Source: Dehalococcoidia bacterium (GTDB lineage Bacteria > Chloroflexota > Dehalococcoidia > Lucifugimonadales > Australimonadaceae). Taken from it: a DNA stretch of 64,000 nucleotides. Below, piece after piece: positions 1 to 8,598 of the stretch. Location of the stretch: positions 2,641,619 to 2,705,618 of the forward strand of contig OZ242210.1 of the NCBI GenBank assembly GCA_965206315.1, written 5' to 3'. Within the stretch, counting starts at the first letter, position 1; each line of letters starts with the position of its first letter. The notes under the pieces were generated by a model, which had not been told where the DNA came from, made no database searches, and saw nothing but the letters and a program-made list of their open reading frames with translations. The translations under genes and the position numbers were made by a program.

Positions 1-660
1 TTCGTGATGGGCGTCGGCAACGGCTGGCACCAGCCCGAGCACGACGCCTACGGCATCCCCTTCCCGGAGCCTGCCGAGCGGGCGGCGCGGCTGGGCGAGG
101 CTATCCGGCTGATGAAGGCGATGTGGGGGCCGGGGCCGGTTTCGTTCGACGGCAGGTACTACCAGCTGCAAGACATCGACGTGCTGCCGAAGCCCGCGCC
201 GGGCCGTCCGTACCTGCTCGTCGGCGGCAACGGACCGAAGCGCACGCTGCGCTATGCCGCTCAGTACGCCGACGAGTGGAACACGGTCAACGCGCCACCG
301 GAGACCCTTGCCGAGCGCATCGCCATCCTCGACGCGCACTGTGAGGCCATCGGCCGCGACCCGGCGTCGATCAGGAAGACGATGATGACGTTCGCATTCG
401 TCGGCCCGGACGATGCGACCATCGAGCGGAACATGGACCGCTTCCCCAGGATGGCGGGAGTGGGTGCTCTCGAGGCACGGAAGGCCGCTGTACGTGAGCG
501 CGGTCAGCCGGCGGGTGGAGCGGAGGAGGTCATCGACCACCTCGGCAGGCTCGCGGAGCTCGGCATCAGCGAGGTGCAGTTCCAGCACCTCGACTTCCAC
601 GACGATACCGTTCCAGGGTTCCTCGCCTCCGACGTTGCGCCGAAGGTGAAGAGCCTGTAG
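1..660 (+). CDS. LLM-class (luciferase-like) F420/flavin-dependent oxidoreductase, C-terminal part; the 5' end lies outside the window
   Basis: The reading frame is open from base 1 to the stop at 658-660. The translation (GNGWHQPEHDAYGIPFPEPAERAARLGEAIRLMKAMW ... LLVGGNGPKRTLRYAAQYADEWN) matches the core and C-terminal half of luciferase-like monooxygenase family proteins. Confidence 0.85.
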   Translation, partial: FVMGVGNGWHQPEHDAYGIPFPEPAERAARLGEAIRLMKAMWGPGPVSFDGRYYQLQDIDVLPKPAPGRPYLLVGGNGPKRTLRYAAQYADEWNTVNAPPETLAERIAILDAHCEAIGRDPASIRKTMMTFAFVGPDDATIERNMDRFPRMAGVGALEARKAAVRERGQPAGGAEEVIDHLGRLAELGISEVQFQHLDFHDDTVPGFLASDVAPKVKSL

Positions 661-683
661 GAGGACGTGATAAAGTCCCCCGC

Positions 684-989
684 ATGCACGCGAGAGTCAT
701 CACCTTCGAGGTCCACGCCCGCCCTGCGCTCGACGACGCCCAGAACGCTTTCGAGCGTCTCGTGGTGCCGGAGATGCGCAGGCTCCCCGGCTACGATGGC
801 GCGTACCTGATGCGCGAGGGCAACACGCGCGGAATGATCGTCATGCTGTGGGAGACCGAGGACACGCTGCAGTCCGGCGAGGCGACACCCGGCCTCAGCG
901 AGCAGATGACGCGCCTCCGGCCTCTCCTCGGGCAGCACCCCGCCTACACTACCTGCGAGGTCGGTTACGCGGACCACCCGCTCAACTGA
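684..989 (+). CDS. small ABM/Dabb-like (antibiotic-biosynthesis-monooxygenase fold) protein
   Basis: 101-aa ORF 24 nt after the LLM stop. The pattern RVITFEV...PGYDGAYLMREG...IVMLWETED is typical of ferredoxin-like ABM domain proteins. Confidence 0.55.
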   Translation: MHARVITFEVHARPALDDAQNAFERLVVPEMRRLPGYDGAYLMREGNTRGMIVMLWETEDTLQSGEATPGLSEQMTRLRPLLGQHPAYTTCEVGYADHPLN

Positions 990-993
990 TCTC

Positions 994-1082
994 GTCATTC
1001 CAGCACCGGCTGGAATCGAAGTGACCGCAGGTCACACGTGCGCAAGCAGCGCACGTCGCGCCGCGAAGCGGACGCGCAACCC
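994..1082. repeat. family-A long unit (hairpin cattccagc-accg-gctggaatg plus gtgacc-gcag-gtcac and further hairpins); direct-repeat partner at 2432-2519
   Basis: The sequence gtcattccagcaccggctggaatcgaagtgaccgcaggtcacacgtgcgcaagcagcgcacgtcgcgccgcgaagcggacgcgcaaccc is nearly identical by eye to 2432-2519. It is followed at 1098-1200 by A', C and B-type units. Confidence 0.9.
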
Positions 1083-1210
1083 CGTTCCGGCCTCCCCGTC
1101 ATTCCCGCGAAGGCAGGAACCTCTCTTGGTGTAGGGGCATCCCTCGTGGGTGCCCATACCGGCTCCCCTCGCCCTCTGGGAGAGGGGCTGGGGGTGAGGG
1201 TTGCTGACGC

Positions 1211-1576
1211 CTACTCCTCGGTCTGCGTCGTCTGGCCGCCCTTGCGCGTCACGGTGATGTGCGCGAACGACGTGTCCGGCAGCGAGCCGTGCCAGTGCTT
1301 CTCGCCCGCAGGCGCGAACACTACGTCGCCCGTTTCGACCTCCGCCCGGTCGCCGCTCTCCGTCACGACCACGCCGCGGCCCTCCGTCACGATGAGGAGC
1401 TGGTCGCTCTCGTGGTAGTGGAACTTGTTCCGCACACCGACCCCGAAACTCACCACGCTCACGTTGAAGTCGTTGCTGTCCGGCGCGAGCGGCTGTCGCG
1501 CTACGTCGTCGCTCGTGAACAACGGCCCTGCCGCCGGCTCCTTCTCGACCTCGCTGATCTTCCGCACCTGCATCAT
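1211..1576 (-). CDS. cupin domain protein
   Basis: 121-aa ORF with a cupin metal-binding pattern (FHYHESDQLLIVTEGRG ... GDVVFAPAGEKHWHG). Confidence 0.8.
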   Translation of the reverse strand: MMQVRKISEVEKEPAAGPLFTSDDVARQPLAPDSNDFNVSVVSFGVGVRNKFHYHESDQLLIVTEGRGVVVTESGDRAEVETGDVVFAPAGEKHWHGSLPDTSFAHITVTRKGGQTTQTEE

Positions 1577-1674
1577 TCACTCCTTCCGATTTGATCCCCT
1601 CTCCTGAGGGAGAGGGCAACGCGCTTCAGCGCGTGGGTGAGGGCCTCCGCTGGGGGATAGGACGTAGAAGCGCC

Positions 1675-2361
1675 CTACGCGTACGCGTCGTATATGCCCT
1701 CGAACTTGCCCAGTTTCAGCCGCACCTGCGTCTCCGCCATGTGCCGCACCATCTCGATATCGCGGTCGTCGCGTATCATCCGCACGACCGCCTCCGCTGC
1801 TTCCGCCGCGTGGTCCACGTCCACGATGCCGTGGATGCGGAAGAACTCCAGGTGCTCCGCCGGGATGTTGTACGGCGCCTCCTGCAGGTAGTTGAACAGC
1901 TCCGTCGAGTACCGCTGCACCATGGTCTCGTTCGTCAGTCCCGACGCCCTGCCCGCCGCCGGGCACGTGTTGATGAGCGACGACGCCACGATGACGCTCG
2001 TGTGCAGCAGCACCTCGTGCACCGGCACCATCTCCTCGAAATCGCGGTCCGTCAGCCCGATGTTGATGCCGAACTCCTGGCAGAGGTCCGGGTGGTCGTG
2101 CTCGGCGACGATGCCCGCGATCATGTCCTTGAAGGCACGCGGGTTGTCGGCCGCCTTGATCATGCGTATCGCCCCGCTCTTGAGCAGCGCGCGGTTGAAC
2201 CACGTGTGCTGCAGCGCGTACCCCTGCAGCCGTCGTATCGTCAGCGTGCCAGCGCGCAGGTCGCGGAAGTACCGCGTCTCCATCAACGCATCCGCCGCAG
2301 GCTCCACCACGTCGGCCACCAACTCGTCAACGAAGCTCTTCACGTCCACTGTTGTAGTCAT
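1675..2361 (-). CDS. heme-oxygenase-like / TenA-PqqC-like iron-containing redox enzyme family protein
   Basis: An all-helical ORF. The start is placed at ATG 2361 (MTTTVDVK) because GGAAGGAGG lies 6 nt upstream; the track ORF extends to 2388. The family call rests on overall sequence character (HTWFNRALL, AEHDHPDL, IHGIVDVDHA). Confidence 0.6.
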   Translation of the reverse strand: MTTTVDVKSFVDELVADVVEPAADALMETRYFRDLRAGTLTIRRLQGYALQHTWFNRALLKSGAIRMIKAADNPRAFKDMIAGIVAEHDHPDLCQEFGINIGLTDRDFEEMVPVHEVLLHTSVIVASSLINTCPAAGRASGLTNETMVQRYSTELFNYLQEAPYNIPAEHLEFFRIHGIVDVDHAAEAAEAVVRMIRDDRDIEMVRHMAETQVRLKLGKFEGIYDAYA

Positions 2362-2431
2362 GCCGCGCCTCCTTCCCTTGTGCGCCATACTCTACGCCCT
2401 GCACGGCGAGGGTCAACCGTGGCAAGCCGCC

Positions 2432-2519
2432 GTCATTCCAGCACCGGCTGGAATCCAAGTGACCGCAGGTCACACGTGCGCAGCAGCGCACGACGCGCCG
2501 CGAAGCGGACGCGCAAGCC
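2432..2519. repeat. family-A long unit, direct-repeat partner of 994-1082
   Basis: gtcattccagcaccggctggaatccaagtgaccgcaggtcacacgtgcgcagcagcgcacgacgcgccgcgaagcggacgcgcaagcc. Confidence 0.9.
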
Positions 2520-2542
2520 TTCTGCCCATGTAACATACCTCC

Positions 2543-3241
2543 ATGTTCTCCCCCGACGACGACCGCAGCGCCCCGCTCTACGAGCGCTACTCCGTCGAGT
2601 TGCTCGGCGCGGACGACGCTCCCGCCCCCGGCGGCCAGCCCGGCGACGGCGTGACGCTCCACACGACGTGCGGCGACGTGGCGTGCATCCTGCACCGCCC
2701 CGGCGAGGAGCGCGGCGTGGGCGTCGTCTGGGCCGCGGGCGCGCGAGGCGGGTTCGACGGCCCGGCGAGCGGCCTCTACCGCGACCTCGCCGTCCGCCTC
2801 GCAGGGCGCGGTATCGCCTCGCTGCGCGTCAACTACCGCCACCCGGCGAACCTCGACGAGTCGACGCTCGACGTGCTCTGCGCGGTCTGGCACATGGCCG
2901 CGCTCGGCTACACGCGTGTCGCGCTCGTCGGGCACTCGTTCGGCGGGGGCGTCGTCATATCGGCGTCGCGCTACACGACGCACGCCCGGGGCGTGGTCGC
3001 GCTCGCGAGCCAGACGATGGGCGCGGAGGACGCCGCGCTTCTCGGCGGCAGGCCGCTGCTCGTCGTCCACGGCGAGGCCGACGCCGTCCTTCCGCTCGTG
3101 AACGCCGAGACCATCATCGACTGGGCGCCCGGCCCCAAGCAGCTCGTCACCTACCCCGGTGCGGGCCACGGCCTCCGCGAATGCGCCGGCGAGCTCCGCA
3201 CCCTCCTCGAAGACTGGCTCACGGACCTGCTGCTGGCGTAG
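2543..3241 (+). CDS. alpha/beta hydrolase (dienelactone-hydrolase-like)
   Basis: 232-aa ORF with the nucleophile elbow GHSFGG and the C-terminal HGEADAV...GAGHG pattern of the alpha/beta fold. Confidence 0.8.
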   Translation: MFSPDDDRSAPLYERYSVELLGADDAPAPGGQPGDGVTLHTTCGDVACILHRPGEERGVGVVWAAGARGGFDGPASGLYRDLAVRLAGRGIASLRVNYRHPANLDESTLDVLCAVWHMAALGYTRVALVGHSFGGGVVISASRYTTHARGVVALASQTMGAEDAALLGGRPLLVVHGEADAVLPLVNAETIIDWAPGPKQLVTYPGAGHGLRECAGELRTLLEDWLTDLLLA

Positions 3242-3246
3242 CGCAA

Positions 3247-3530
3247 TCGTCATTCCCGCCCCCCACCCGTCATTCCCGCACCGGCGGGAATCCAGGTGCG
3301 CGGGCAGCGCACGCGGCGGGGCCGTGGGTGGTGGTGTCTGACGTAGGGGCGTCCCTCGTGGGCGCCCTGCCTGGCCCCCCCTCTCCTGAGGGAGAGGGCA
3401 ACGCGCTTCAGCGCGTGGGTGAGGGCCCTCGGGGCGAGGCCGGGTGGGGGCCTTGTCGTTCCGAGCGGAGCGCAGCGGAGTCGAGGAATCTCTCAGGAAA
3501 AGGGGCAGCCGTGTGGCTGCCCCTACATCA
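3247..3530. repeat. intergenic cluster of interspersed repeats (A, C, B, D, C families)
   Basis: A: gtcattcccgcaccggcgggaatccagg at 3269-3296. C: gtaggggcgtccctcgtgggcgccc at 3343-3368. B: cctctcctgagggagagggcaacgcgcttcagcgcgtgggtgagggcc at 3380-3427. D: ttgtcgttccgagcggagcgcagcggagtcgaggaatctctcagg at 3453-3497. C: ggggcagccgtgtggctgcccctaca at 3502-3527. Confidence 0.9.
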
Positions 3531-3550
3531 CGCTATGCTCCGAACAATCC

Positions 3551-4705
3551 CTACGTGTCGCGCTCATTCGTGGGGCCGACCACGCCATTGCTGTACGGGA
3601 TGAACGCCTTCATCCGGGAGATGACGCCGTGCTTCGCAAGCTCGGCTTCGAAGATGCGGTTGATCTCCGGGTCTTGGTCCTCGTACTCGATCTGCATCCC
3701 GCCTTCCTTGATGCTGACGTTGGACTCGCCCCACTGGCTCGGTTGGCCGTCGCCGCTGCGGAGCGCGAGGTAGCGCGCGGGCTCAGGCCCCGTGTTGAAG
3801 TGCTGATGGTAAGTGGCATCGGAGGGGACGATGATCATGCCGCCCTTCTTCCAGGGCGCGATCTCGTACTCGGGGTTATCGTTATCCCACCAGAGCGCCG
3901 AGAACCCGACTCCGCCCAGGATGACCAGGTGCGCGCCCGGCCCGTGCCGGTGGCCCTTCTTGTACGTGCCCACCGGGAACTCGGAGATGTGCGCTCCGGT
4001 CACGTTCCCCGCGAGGTCGAAGTGCGTGTTGATGCCGCCCGCGCCGCGGTCGCGGTACTTCCACAGTTTCATGATGTCGGCGTTCGGCACGAAGTTCGTC
4101 TTCCACATCGTCCCGAACTTCGTCCCCTTCCGCTGGTAGAGCGTCCCCTGCCCGTTGAAGAAGTCCTCGTCCTCGCCGGAGAAGCGGTCCTTGAACCGGA
4201 ACGGGTTGTTGAAGACGAACTCGTTGCTGCGGAACATGCGCATCACGGGCGGCGCGTTCGTCATGGAGACGTACCGCGCGGGCTCCGTGCCGCTGCCGTT
4301 GAAGTGCTGGTACGACGCGTTCAGCGGGATGACCAGCAGGCTCCCCGCCGCCCACTCGAACGTCGCCTTCTGGCCCTCGCTCAGCCACACGCTCGTCGCG
4401 CCGCGGCCGGAGACGACGTACATCACCTCTTCGTACATGTGGCTCTCGGGCTCCGACTTGCCGCCAGGCTTGATCTCCACCAGGTGCGCGTCGTTCGGCA
4501 GCATCGGGTTCGGGATGTTGATCACCGCGCCCTTGCCGCCCTTCCGCTCCCAGTCGCCGAGCTCGACCTCGTTCAGGTCCTCAAACTTGTAATCGACGAT
4601 GCGCTTGACGCCCTCGCGCTCGATCCAGTCGAAGTACGGATCGCCCGCCTCCCACATATCCATCTTGTCGGGGACTTCTGCCTCTCGCAGGTCAACGACT
4701 GCCAT
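3551..4705 (-). CDS. bicupin protein (gentisate-dioxygenase-like fold); paralogue of 34396-35556
   Basis: 384-aa ORF with two cupin modules (HMYEEVMYVVSGRG ... and GHRHGPGAHLVILGG ...HQHFN). GGGAGGAG lies upstream of the ATG. It aligns along its full length with the 386-aa ORF at 34396-35556. Confidence 0.8.
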   Translation of the reverse strand: MAVVDLREAEVPDKMDMWEAGDPYFDWIEREGVKRIVDYKFEDLNEVELGDWERKGGKGAVINIPNPMLPNDAHLVEIKPGGKSEPESHMYEEVMYVVSGRGATSVWLSEGQKATFEWAAGSLLVIPLNASYQHFNGSGTEPARYVSMTNAPPVMRMFRSNEFVFNNPFRFKDRFSGEDEDFFNGQGTLYQRKGTKFGTMWKTNFVPNADIMKLWKYRDRGAGGINTHFDLAGNVTGAHISEFPVGTYKKGHRHGPGAHLVILGGVGFSALWWDNDNPEYEIAPWKKGGMIIVPSDATYHQHFNTGPEPARYLALRSGDGQPSQWGESNVSIKEGGMQIEYEDQDPEINRIFEAELAKHGVISRMKAFIPYSNGVVGPTNERDT

Positions 4706-4791
4706 GTCTCGCTCCTCCCGTCGGTCTCAGTAGTACGTGCGCCCCACTTTACCACGAGTGCAGGTTGTCTCGTCATTCCCGCCTCTTCCCG

Positions 4792-5802
4792 TCATTCCCG
4801 CGAAGGCGGGAAGGTGGATTCACATTCGAAGTGCAACACCTGCTCTCGTAGCACCTCGGCCGGGGTCTGCCACTCGAGGCACTTGCGCGGCGTATTGTTA
4901 TACACCCTCAACAGCGCCGTGAACTCTCCCTCCGACAGTGAGGCCAGGTTCGTCTTGCGGGGTAAGAACCAGCGCATCCGTCCGATAGCGTTCTCCACGC
5001 CTCCCTTCTGCCACGGAGAATAGGTGTCGCAGAAGAACGTCTCGATGCCCCAGGCGTGGAGTTCGTAGTGGTGGGCGAACTCCGTGCCGTTGTCGAACGT
5101 GACCGTCTGGCGGAACTCCGGTGGCAGCGGTCCCAGGACGGCGGCGATGGCTTTGGCGACCGGTGCTGCTGCCCTCGAAGGTCGCCGCACCGCGATCAGC
5201 AGCCTTGAACGGCGCTCGTGCAGCATCAGCACCGTCTGCCCGGTCCTGCCGAACTGCATCCCATCCGCCTCCCAGTGCCCGAATGTCTGCCGGTCGGCAA
5301 CTGCTGCAGGGCGTTCCGAGAGCGGCCGGCGGTGCAGAATGGTGCGGGCCGAACTGCTCCCTCCGCGCTGGTGCCGACCGCGCCGCCACTTCCCCCGTCG
5401 CAAGAGCTTGCGCCACGAATAGTCCTTCGTCCGCGCTATCTGCGCGTAGATGAACCGGTAGATGCTCTCATGGGAGGTGACGCTCTTGCCGCGCTCCTTC
5501 TTCAACCGCCCCGCCACTGCCTCCGGCGACCAGCCCAGTTGCAACCCGCTCAGCACATCCCTGCGGAGCTCGTCGTCTCGGTCCAGCCGTGCGCCACTCC
5601 AGCGCCGTGCACGGGCCTGCTCGTGGGCATAGGTCGCCCGGTAGCCGCCGTCCTTCGTGCCGTTGCGCTTCAACTCCCGAGCAATCGTCGGTGGCGGGCG
5701 ATCCAGAGTTGCTGCGATTTCCCGGAGCGAGCGCCCCTCAGCACGTAGGCGGGCAATCGCACAGCGTTCCTCAATCCCAAGCTGCGTATAGCGGTTCCCC
5801 AT
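4792..5802 (-). CDS. IS30 family transposase
   Basis: 336-aa ORF with an N-terminal HTH (RSLREIAATLDRPPPTIARELKRN) and a DDE core (HWEAD ... TFDNGTEF ... PWQKGGVEN). The reading frame runs through the left IR and stops at the TGA of the flanking hairpin. Confidence 0.9.
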   Translation of the reverse strand: MGNRYTQLGIEERCAIARLRAEGRSLREIAATLDRPPPTIARELKRNGTKDGGYRATYAHEQARARRWSGARLDRDDELRRDVLSGLQLGWSPEAVAGRLKKERGKSVTSHESIYRFIYAQIARTKDYSWRKLLRRGKWRRGRHQRGGSSSARTILHRRPLSERPAAVADRQTFGHWEADGMQFGRTGQTVLMLHERRSRLLIAVRRPSRAAAPVAKAIAAVLGPLPPEFRQTVTFDNGTEFAHHYELHAWGIETFFCDTYSPWQKGGVENAIGRMRWFLPRKTNLASLSEGEFTALLRVYNNTPRKCLEWQTPAEVLREQVLHFECESTFPPSRE

Positions 5803-5844
5803 GGCAACACCTTAGTCTGGTGTTGCACTTCGTTTGTGAACTTA
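4813..5844 (-). mobile_element. IS30-family insertion sequence, copy 1 (about 1.03 kb), inserted in a family-A hairpin
   Basis: Imperfect terminal inverted repeats ttcacattcgaagtgcaacacc (4819-4840) and ggtgttgcacttcgtttgtgaa (5819-5840). The flanks gcgggaa | IS | gggaacccaggtgg rebuild a family-A unit. GGGAA is present on both sides. Confidence 0.85.
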
Positions 5845-6077
5845 GGGAACCCAGGTGGCCGCCAGGCTACGCGGCGCTGTGCGAACAAGAGGCACGCCTG
5901 GATGTCTTCCGGCTCGAGGAAGGTGTACTCCCGCAGGATGTCCTCTGCTGTATCTCCGGCCGCAAGCATCCCGAGAACGTGCTCCACCGCGATACGCATG
6001 TCGCGGATGATCGGTTTGCCGCCGAAGACATCCGCCCGCACCGTGATGCGTTCGAGTATCTCTTGTTCAGTAGGCAT
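5670..6077 (-). CDS. DUF433 domain protein whose 3' end is altered by the IS30 insertion
   Basis: ATG at 6077, 3 nt after the MFS stop. The product MPTEQEILERITVRADVFGGKPIIRDMRIAVEHVLGMLAAGDTAEDILREYTFLEPEDIQACLLFA is a typical DUF433. The frame then reads into the IS right IR (PKFTNEVQHQTK...) and stops only at 5670. Without the IS it would end ...PPGFPPSRE at the hairpin TGA. Confidence 0.6.
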   Translation of the reverse strand: MPTEQEILERITVRADVFGGKPIIRDMRIAVEHVLGMLAAGDTAEDILREYTFLEPEDIQACLLFAQRRVAWRPPGFPKFTNEVQHQTKVLPWGTAIRSLGLRNAVRLPAYVLRGARSGKSQQLWIARHRRLLGS

Positions 6078-6079
6078 GT

Positions 6080-7348
6080 CTACCCGTCCTCTCTCGTCTG
6101 CGACCCTGCACGAAGGTCCTGCAGACGGTGCACCTGGCCGCTCCGGAAGAGATAGCCAAGCGTGTACGCCAGCACTGCGACCCCACCCACGATCGCCGCG
6201 ACCGGCGCCGAAGCCAGCGCAGCAACGGCGGCGAACTGCAGCTCCCCCAGCGGACGGACGCTCGTGTGCACCATGCTCCATATCCCCATGACGCGTCCGC
6301 GGAACTCGTTCGCCACCAGCATCTGCAGGTTCGTCTGGACAGCCACGTTCACCATCGACGCTCCCGTGCCGTACGCGAACAGCAGCCCCAGCGATGCCCA
6401 GTACCACTCCGACAGCGCGAACGCTATCGAGAACACACCCATCGTCACCGCCCCGCTCGTGAACAGCGCACGCTGCTGGTTCGGCGCGGTCATGCTCGAC
6501 GCGATGAACACGCCGGTCACGCTCCCGATGCCCGTCGCCCCCCACATGTAGCCGAGCCCGTCCGGCCCGACGCCAAGCACGTCCTTCGCAAAGATGGGGT
6601 AGAGCACCGACAGCGCAACGCCGAACGCCATGTTCCAGTACGCCGTCCCGATGAGGAACAGGAATATCTTCTCGCGCCGGATGTAACCCAGCGCTGCCGC
6701 CATGTCTGCCAGCACGTTCCGCCCCTGCGACCGCACCACGGGTGGCAGGTGCACCCGCCACAGCAGCGCTGCGTACACCGCCACCGCCACCACCGTGATC
6801 GCGAAGACCACGCCGCCCGCCACGCTCGCGGACTCCGACGCGCTGAACACGAACTCGCTGACCAGCCCGCCCACGACCGGCGAGCCTACCCGTGTCGCCG
6901 GGTGGATCATCGCGTTCAGCCCCACGGCGCTCGGCATCGCCTCGCGCTGCACGAGGTGCGGGAACATCGCCTGTCGCGCAGGCCCCTCGAACGCGCCGAT
7001 GGCCGACAACGCGAAGCCTCCTGCTATCACGTGCCACGCGGTCAGCCCGCCCGCAAGTCCGATCACGGACAGCGCCCCCAGCACCACGATGAACAGCAGC
7101 TGCATGGCGATGAGCAGCTTCCGCTGGTCGAACTTGTCCGCGAGCGCCCCGCCAAACAGCGTGAGCGCAACGGAGGGGATCATCTGGGCGATGCCGTTCA
7201 CGCCCAGCAGCACCGCCGACCCGGAAAGCTGGTAGATCAGCCAGCCCTCGATCATCCACTGCATCTGCTGGCCGGATACGGCGATGACGAATCCCACCCA
7301 GTAGAGGCGGAAATCACGATGCCGCAGCGCGCTGAACCTCCCTGCCAT
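6080..7348 (-). CDS. MFS transporter
   Basis: 422-aa hydrophobic ORF with about 12 predicted TM segments and an MFS-like N terminus (FRLYWVGFVIAVSGQQMQWM). Confidence 0.85.
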   Translation of the reverse strand: MAGRFSALRHRDFRLYWVGFVIAVSGQQMQWMIEGWLIYQLSGSAVLLGVNGIAQMIPSVALTLFGGALADKFDQRKLLIAMQLLFIVVLGALSVIGLAGGLTAWHVIAGGFALSAIGAFEGPARQAMFPHLVQREAMPSAVGLNAMIHPATRVGSPVVGGLVSEFVFSASESASVAGGVVFAITVVAVAVYAALLWRVHLPPVVRSQGRNVLADMAAALGYIRREKIFLFLIGTAYWNMAFGVALSVLYPIFAKDVLGVGPDGLGYMWGATGIGSVTGVFIASSMTAPNQQRALFTSGAVTMGVFSIAFALSEWYWASLGLLFAYGTGASMVNVAVQTNLQMLVANEFRGRVMGIWSMVHTSVRPLGELQFAAVAALASAPVAAIVGGVAVLAYTLGYLFRSGQVHRLQDLRAGSQTREDG

Positions 7349-7389
7349 GCGGAGAGTCTACCCTGTCACAAACTCCGCCCGTCCTTCAT

Positions 7390-7468
7390 CGTCATTCCAG
7401 CGGAGGCTGGAATCCAGTGGAGCGGAGTAGCGCGCCATTCCGCTCATGGTGAGCCTGTCGAACCACCC
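7390..7468. repeat. interspersed repeats (A and F families)
   Basis: cgtcattccagcggaggctggaatccag at 7390-7417 and cgctcatggtgagcctgtcgaaccaccc at 7441-7468. The F family recurs at about 12387-12412. Confidence 0.85.
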
Positions 7469-7527
7469 ATCTCGTCCATCCTGTCCATCCCTGTTGATTC
7501 CTTCCCCGCGTGGGGTAACATCACCTT

Positions 7528-8556
7528 ATGCAGACACCTTTCGGCATCGTCGACGGCGACGGACACGTAACCGAGTCTGAGGACCAGATACGCCCCTACA
7601 TGGACGAGCCTTACCGCTCGCGGGGCGGCCAGATACGCGCGGGCCACAACTACTGGGACATCAACCTCGGCGGTCGGCTCGGCTCCGTCGCGAAGGACGC
7701 CCGGACCTGGCTCGACGCCATGGATGAAGGCGGCATGGAGACCGCCATCCTCTACCCCACCTCCATCGGCTTCACCGCCGCGCTCATCTGGGAGCCTGAC
7801 GTCGCGGTCGCCGTCTGCCGCGCCTACAACGACTTCCTCTACGAGGAGTTCACGACCGTCAGCCCGCGGCTCAAGAGCGTAGCGCTGCTCCCATTGCAGG
7901 ACGTCGACGAGGCCGTCAAGGAGCTGCGGCGCGCCGTCACCGAGCGCGGACACTCCGGCGCGATGCTCTCGGCCATCGGCGCGCACCCGCCCCTCGGGCG
8001 CGCACAGTACTTCCCGCTCTACGAGGAGGCGCAGCGCCTCGGCGTTATGCTCGCCGTCCACTCCTCCACCCAGGGCATCCACCACCTCGCCGCCGACGAC
8101 TACCAGCGCTTCATCGAGGTCAACACCTTCTGCTTCCCGGTCGGCCTCTTCCGCCACATGGTCAGCATGATGTTCGCCGGCATCCCTGAGCTCTTCCCCG
8201 ACCTGCGCGTCGGCTGGATGGAGGCCGGCTGCGGCTGGGTGCCCTACTGGCTGGAGCGCATGGACGAGAAGTGGAAGATACGCGGCGCCGACGAGGCCCC
8301 CATGCTCCGCAAATCACCCACCGAGTACGTGCAGCAGGGCAACTGGTACTTCCACTCCGAGGCCGACGAGAAGATGCTCCCCTACACCGCCTCCGTCATC
8401 GGCAAGGACAAGCTCTTCTTCGCATCGGACTTCCCCCACTGGGACTCCGAGTACCCCCACAATGTGCAGGAGATGCTCGCCCGCGAGGACATCGACGAGA
8501 GGCTCCGCCGCAACGTCCTCCGCGAGAACGCCCTCCGCCTCTACGGGATGGCGTAG
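7528..8556 (+). CDS. amidohydrolase-2 family (ACMSD-like TIM-barrel metal hydrolase/decarboxylase)
   Basis: 342-aa ORF with an N-terminal IVDGDGHV metal motif and C-terminal FASDFPHWD. It is one of four paralogues in the window. Confidence 0.85.
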   Translation: MQTPFGIVDGDGHVTESEDQIRPYMDEPYRSRGGQIRAGHNYWDINLGGRLGSVAKDARTWLDAMDEGGMETAILYPTSIGFTAALIWEPDVAVAVCRAYNDFLYEEFTTVSPRLKSVALLPLQDVDEAVKELRRAVTERGHSGAMLSAIGAHPPLGRAQYFPLYEEAQRLGVMLAVHSSTQGIHHLAADDYQRFIEVNTFCFPVGLFRHMVSMMFAGIPELFPDLRVGWMEAGCGWVPYWLERMDEKWKIRGADEAPMLRKSPTEYVQQGNWYFHSEADEKMLPYTASVIGKDKLFFASDFPHWDSEYPHNVQEMLAREDIDERLRRNVLRENALRLYGMA

Positions 8557-8575
8557 CTTCCGGGAGCCTTGTCTT

Positions 8576-8598
8576 CGTCATTCCCGCGAAAGCGGGAA
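8576..8598. repeat. left half of a family-A hairpin (left inverted repeat of GIY-YIG unit 1), interrupted by IS30 copy 2
   Basis: cgtcattcccgcgaaagcgggaa is followed directly by the IS end ggtgaattcaca. The rest of the unit (tctcg) resumes at 9633. Confidence 0.8.

Noticed and set aside
1591-3603. 670-aa plus-strand ORF
   Set aside because: It is antisense to the HO-like gene and out of frame with the alpha/beta hydrolase. It is Arg/Pro-rich and passes through repeat clusters.
5670-7259. 529-aa minus-strand ORF
   Set aside because: Only the last 136 codons (DUF433 plus read-through into the IS) are meaningful. The upstream 390 codons overlap the MFS transporter gene in another frame.
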